DNA from: an uncultured archaeon
GTDB lineage: Archaea > Thermoplasmatota > Penumbrarchaeia > JASLWR01
Reading direction: 5' to 3'
DNA: 64,000 nucleotides
Assembly (NCBI GenBank): GCA_964430885.1
Contig: CAYSHM010000002.1
Location: 77,009 to 141,008, forward strand
Positions 61,514-64,000 of the stretch are shown one piece after another. The notes beneath the pieces are model-generated. The model made no database searches. It worked only from the letters and a program-made list of their open reading frames with translations, and was not told where the DNA came from. How positions within the stretch are numbered: the stretch's first letter is position 1; the number at the start of each line of letters is the position of its first letter. The position numbers and the translations under genes were made by a program.

Positions 61514-63217
61514 TCAATCCTTTTCCTCAAGATTTCCGAAAGGAAAGTAAAGGAATCCGTTTTCTATGGCCGTAACCTGCTCTTTTATGGTCTGCAATGC
61601 AATAGGGAGGACATCCTCTAAAGTGAGCTTCTCCGGAGAGTTATCAATAATTTCCATCAGTTTTTTTGATACATAGAGATCAAGAAGATCTTCGATCTCT
61701 ATCTTCATTTCAGCATCCTTTACATCAGTATAAAGGGACATAATTTCATCAGTGCTCAACCTGGTAATATTCGTGATGTCGTTCTCAGCAGATAGGTCTA
61801 TCTCATCTTGCAAAGGTTTCCCCTTTTCAGATTCCATATCGCTTACCTTACCTGCTTTTTCAAGAATGGTATTTACTTCCTCCCCCGTCTCACTTTCATC
61901 CTTATCTCCTTCCTCATTGTCTTCGTCTTTAACTTCGGTTTCTTCAGCGGGATATTCCTTCTGGGGTTCAGTTTCGTACGCTTCATCGACTTTATCCTTT
62001 TCTTCATCATCAATAACTGTAAGTTCAGTATCATTGGTGATATGGTAATTTAATACCTCCATGATGCTGTTGATGCATTCTTCATCTTTATCGGCCATTT
62101 CACAGATGGTCTTATTTTCCCACTTTTCAAGGAGGTAAGTCAGCAGATCATGTCTGGCTTGTCTGAGAGGTTTCCCTGACAGCAGGTCCTTTTTCTTTTT
62201 CATTTGAAAATTGATCCTCTTCATCACTCTAGAGGCTTCGATATGATCATTTTTGAATCTCTCCAGTATTCCCCCTATATACTCCTTATCATTGGTGTAT
62301 AAAATTAGATCTTCAAGATCAATTTCGATTTCATTCAGAACCTTTTTATCAATGTCCATTTTGAGAAGATTGATTTTTTTGAACCGCTCAATGGTTGTTC
62401 TAGCAATATCGAGAAGAATATTAAATATCTCAATATCTATCTTCTGGACAATCACATCGAGGCCCCCCATGGAATTCTTTTCTTTAAGTGTTTTGAAGTG
62501 TTTTTGGATGTCTTTTAGTTCCTGGAGTAGTTCGTCATTCTCCTTCATCTCGGACAAAGGCATTTGCTGGATCTCTTCCACCCGATCCATTACCTTGAAA
62601 ACAACCTCCTCCTGTTCTTCCGAAAATCCCCATTCAGAACCTTTTTCAAATCCCGAGATGTGCTCATTAATTCTCTCTACTATCAACTTAGTTTCAGTAC
62701 TAACGCCCCATATTGCAAGTATGGGCTGGAGGCGGTCAAGTGATCTCTGAAAATACCAGCGGGCGATGATTTCGTTATCCTTATTGGTTTCGGTTTCTCC
62801 CAGTATATAGAAATCTTTAGCCTGTTTCATCATCAGCTCCAGATGTGATGATGAGTAGGAGCACATCACCTCTATCCGCTCTGCTTTCTCTTTCAGAGAT
62901 ACTACTTCAGGTTCTCCCGGAAGTACCTCCAGTATATCCCTGAACGCGGATATGGCCTCTCTTGCGAAATGGGAAATCTGCTCAACATCCTCGTCTTCTT
63001 TGATGAATGCCGAGGCGATGTTCAGCTGATTCTTACCGTATCTGAGCTTTTCCTGAAAGTTGAATGTTTTCTCCTCTGTCCGTTCAGGGATGATGCCATC
63101 CGATTCTAGCTCATGAACCTGATCATTATAGCTGATCCCGGAGGCCTTAACTCCCTCCTCTCCGCTCAGCTTCTCGGCTGAATCGGTATTTCCATCTATG
63201 CTTTCTTTATCTTCCAT
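61514..63217 (-). CDS. Hypothetical acidic alpha-helical protein
   Basis: 567-aa ORF with helical composition, TPR-like pairs near the N-terminus and an acidic linker; no family recognised. Confidence 0.7.
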   Translation of the reverse strand: MEDKESIDGNTDSAEKLSGEEGVKASGISYNDQVHELESDGIIPERTEEKTFNFQEKLRYGKNQLNIASAFIKEDEDVEQISHFAREAISAFRDILEVLPGEPEVVSLKEKAERIEVMCSYSSSHLELMMKQAKDFYILGETETNKDNEIIARWYFQRSLDRLQPILAIWGVSTETKLIVERINEHISGFEKGSEWGFSEEQEEVVFKVMDRVEEIQQMPLSEMKENDELLQELKDIQKHFKTLKEKNSMGGLDVIVQKIDIEIFNILLDIARTTIERFKKINLLKMDIDKKVLNEIEIDLEDLILYTNDKEYIGGILERFKNDHIEASRVMKRINFQMKKKKDLLSGKPLRQARHDLLTYLLEKWENKTICEMADKDEECINSIMEVLNYHITNDTELTVIDDEEKDKVDEAYETEPQKEYPAEETEVKDEDNEEGDKDESETGEEVNTILEKAGKVSDMESEKGKPLQDEIDLSAENDITNITRLSTDEIMSLYTDVKDAEMKIEIEDLLDLYVSKKLMEIIDNSPEKLTLEDVLPIALQTIKEQVTAIENGFLYFPFGNLEEKD

Positions 63218-63492
63218 TTACTGTCCTCTGTCTTTATCAATGATTTACTGTTCATATGGTAAAATAACTGTGGGACAAAACTATTGAAAACCCTAACTAA
63301 TTAATGACAAATAATGCTTTTTATTTAATTCTTTTGCAACTGCGGTAATGAGTGAAAATACAAGCAATGATTTCAGAGGTTAAAAAAATTCTTTTCAATC
63401 TACTTTATCGGCTTTAAGCGGTGATAATGATGAATAAATCAATAACTGATGGAGATATTTAGGGGATGCCGATAATATTGGGGATGATGACC

Positions 63493-64000
63493 ATGGATTA
63501 TCATGTTAATGAGAAGTCGGATTTGAAGGAAGGAAAGACCAGGATCCAATGGGCCGGCACGGAAATGCCGGTCCTTGCACTGATAAAGGAACGTTTCAGA
63601 AAAGAAAAAACTTTAAAGGGGATACGGATTTCAGCATGCCTTCATGTTACCTCAGAGACCGCTAACCTATGCATAGCCCTGAAGGAAGGCGGAGCTGAAG
63701 TTGCTCTATGCGCTTCTAATCCCCTTTCCACCTGCGACAGTGTTGCACACTCCCTTGTAAAGGATCACGGGGTCAGTGTTTTTGCGGTCCATGGGGAAGA
63801 CAACGATACATACTACGATCATATTTCCAGCGTACTGGACATCAAGCCCAATATAACCATGGACGACGGCGGAGATCTTGTTTCCTTCATACACAAGGAC
63901 AGGAGGGAACTTTTAGAGACCATACTTGCCGGTACCGAGGAGACCACAACCGGTGTCAAGCGCTTCAAGAACATGGAGAGGGACGGGGTGCTGGAATATC
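63493..64000 (+). CDS. ahcY: Adenosylhomocysteinase (partial, runs off the right edge)
   Basis: Not in the ORF track. Reads MDYHV...WAGTEMPVL...ACLHVTSETANL...ASNPLST...MDDGGDL...GTEETTTGV. Confidence 0.96.
   Translation, partial: MDYHVNEKSDLKEGKTRIQWAGTEMPVLALIKERFRKEKTLKGIRISACLHVTSETANLCIALKEGGAEVALCASNPLSTCDSVAHSLVKDHGVSVFAVHGEDNDTYYDHISSVLDIKPNITMDDGGDLVSFIHKDRRELLETILAGTEETTTGVKRFKNMERDGVLEY

Noticed and set aside
63706-63894. 62-aa minus-strand ORF
   Set aside because: Antisense shadow of ahcY.

Overview
Chromosomal segment of an archaeon, most likely an anaerobic heterotrophic Thermoplasmatota lineage (inferred from DUF835 and DUF2240 proteins, class II HMG-CoA reductase, archaeal TIM, PAC2, Cdc48 and PKD-type anchored surface proteins). 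No tRNA, rRNA, CRISPR array or transposase was seen. Contents: surface and secreted proteins (a pilin-like gene cut by the left edge, a Ca-binding repeat protein, a DUF4091/GH123-like PKD protein, an acidic S-layer-like protein, a phospholipase-B-like Ntn hydrolase); xseAB; an RNase P locus (rnpB RNA, Pop5, Rpp21, YhbY); amino-acid and acyl-CoA fermentation genes; a proteostasis/division cluster (PAC2, HEAT-DUF835, Cdc48, PRC barrel); a CoA-transferase-GNAT/ACD/DRTGG operon; and SAH metabolism genes. Best candidate for an undescribed system: a three-gene module (small protein, DndD/Rad50-like SMC ATPase, Dnd-associated/DndE-like protein) with no modification enzyme or nuclease, sitting between the Pop5 and Rpp21 genes. 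Other highlights are a 22-bp-period operator-like array, a protein with a possible adaptin-appendage-like domain, and a probable non-canonical ATC start for Rpp21. All family assignments come from motif recognition by eye; no searches were run.
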